A stretch of 63,943 bases of DNA, counting the filler, from Phoronis australis (taxonomy: Eukaryota > Animalia > Phoronida): the NCBI GenBank assembly GCA_002633005.1. It is 11 parts of 11 records of this genome, joined end to end, with 100 filler letters (N's around TTAATTAATTAA, not from the genome) between each part and the next. Parts side by side here need not be neighbours in the genome. Positions count along the whole stretch, not along the records: positions 62,683 to 63,943 come from NMRA01000552.1; 10 more parts are not named here. One strand, given 5' to 3'. Below are positions 62,946 to 63,943 of the stretch, one piece after another; positions within the stretch are counted from its first letter, which is position 1; every line of letters begins with the position of its first letter. Below the pieces are notes generated by a model. The model searched no databases. It was given only the letters and a program-made list of their open reading frames with translations, and was not told the DNA's origin. A program made the translations under genes and the position numbers.

Positions 62946-63943
62946 ATTAATGAGAGTGAAAAAACTAACATTGCAAGTTACAAATGAACTACTAGCCTGT
63001 TGTGAAACTGATTGATGCTGATGAATCTAGACTTTCATATGGATCAGATATGCAGTTCAACAGTCATATCTAATGGTGGTTGACCACCCCCATTTCATTT
63101 CAAAACCAGTACTATCCCCACAGTGGTATCCAGTTATGTAATCGAATTAGCTAGCTCAGGCCAAGCCTGATAACATCAGTTAATAACCCTGCATTGTTGG
63201 CTTTGCCAGGTCTACTAAAGAACTGCTTGAGAATAGACAGTCACTCACCAAGAGGGATAGTAAATTCAAGCAACTAATCATATATTCCTAAAAATGTTTA
63301 TGCACACGACTAGGTCATTGTTCATTTTTTCTTAGAACTTGACCATTTAATTCTAATGCAATCACCTTAGAATTAAAGTATTTTAGGTGTATAATAACTT
63401 ATTAAACTTTAAGTTCATTCTATGCTGGAGTTTTCATGGATATTTTTCATACCAGTATAAGCAACTGTAGTACCCAAAACAGTGAACAAGTTTGTCACAA
63501 AAGCACTGTATTCTCTAGATTCAATTCATGTGTTATATTTGAGGATTCTTTTGGTCTGAAATTTGTTGTTCTGTCTTTGATAAATTTGTATTTTTTTCTT
63601 TTCTTTGTATGCACTTTTAATTTTTACCATCTTTAAACCTCTGCTTTACACCATTGCTTTTCACCAGGTTCCTAATTTCTGGGTGTACAATCTCAAAATC
63701 TCTAACTGTTATAAACCAGTTGACACACTGGCTGGTTGACCTCCAAGCTGTATTGACCATTTATTGCTCTGTTTGCATCACATTACCATGCAGAGGACAA
63801 CAGGAGATTGGCAATTTAAATTCAGTGGCTAAGAAAGATTTCCCACACCTTGGCTAGAGTGATAGGTTCTCTATACATTGAAGTAAAGATTCCTCAATTT
63901 ATAACGCAATATGGTGGAACAGTAAAATTTTATTTTGTCAAAT

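Overview
This window is not a contiguous prokaryotic locus. It is 11 unrelated contigs joined by 10 identical artificial 100-bp spacers (44 N + TTAATTAATTAA + 44 N). The DNA is intron-rich, repeat-rich metazoan sequence, most likely from an invertebrate; a lophotrochozoan source is an inference from the repeat types. Most ORF-track entries are therefore spurious. I read spliced exons for a complement C3-like protein (4 exons), TTC21B/IFT139 (6), an LDLa-LRR GPCR of the GRL101/RXFP type (3), MAP2K7 (3), an NAAA-like amidase (1) and DDX19/25 (2-3). There is also a decayed DEAH11/12-like KH-RBR gene abutting a DDX51-like exon. Mobile DNA includes Helentron/HINE-like repeats, Kolobok-like elements with THAP remnants, a foldback Penelope-like element, a Ty3/Gypsy pol relic, a piggyBac relic and several MITEs. 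Four observations stand out. (1) The Penelope palindrome carries a U3-A8 variant hammerhead on the sense strand and a second hammerhead-like core on the opposite strand. (2) Tandem arrays have amplified real splice sites at three separate exons. (3) The HINE-like repeat lays down CTCF-consensus motifs about every 150 bp. (4) Two different Kolobok-like families retain the same converging THAP/accessory-gene 5' stubs. All homology calls are from recall and visual translation, not database searches.
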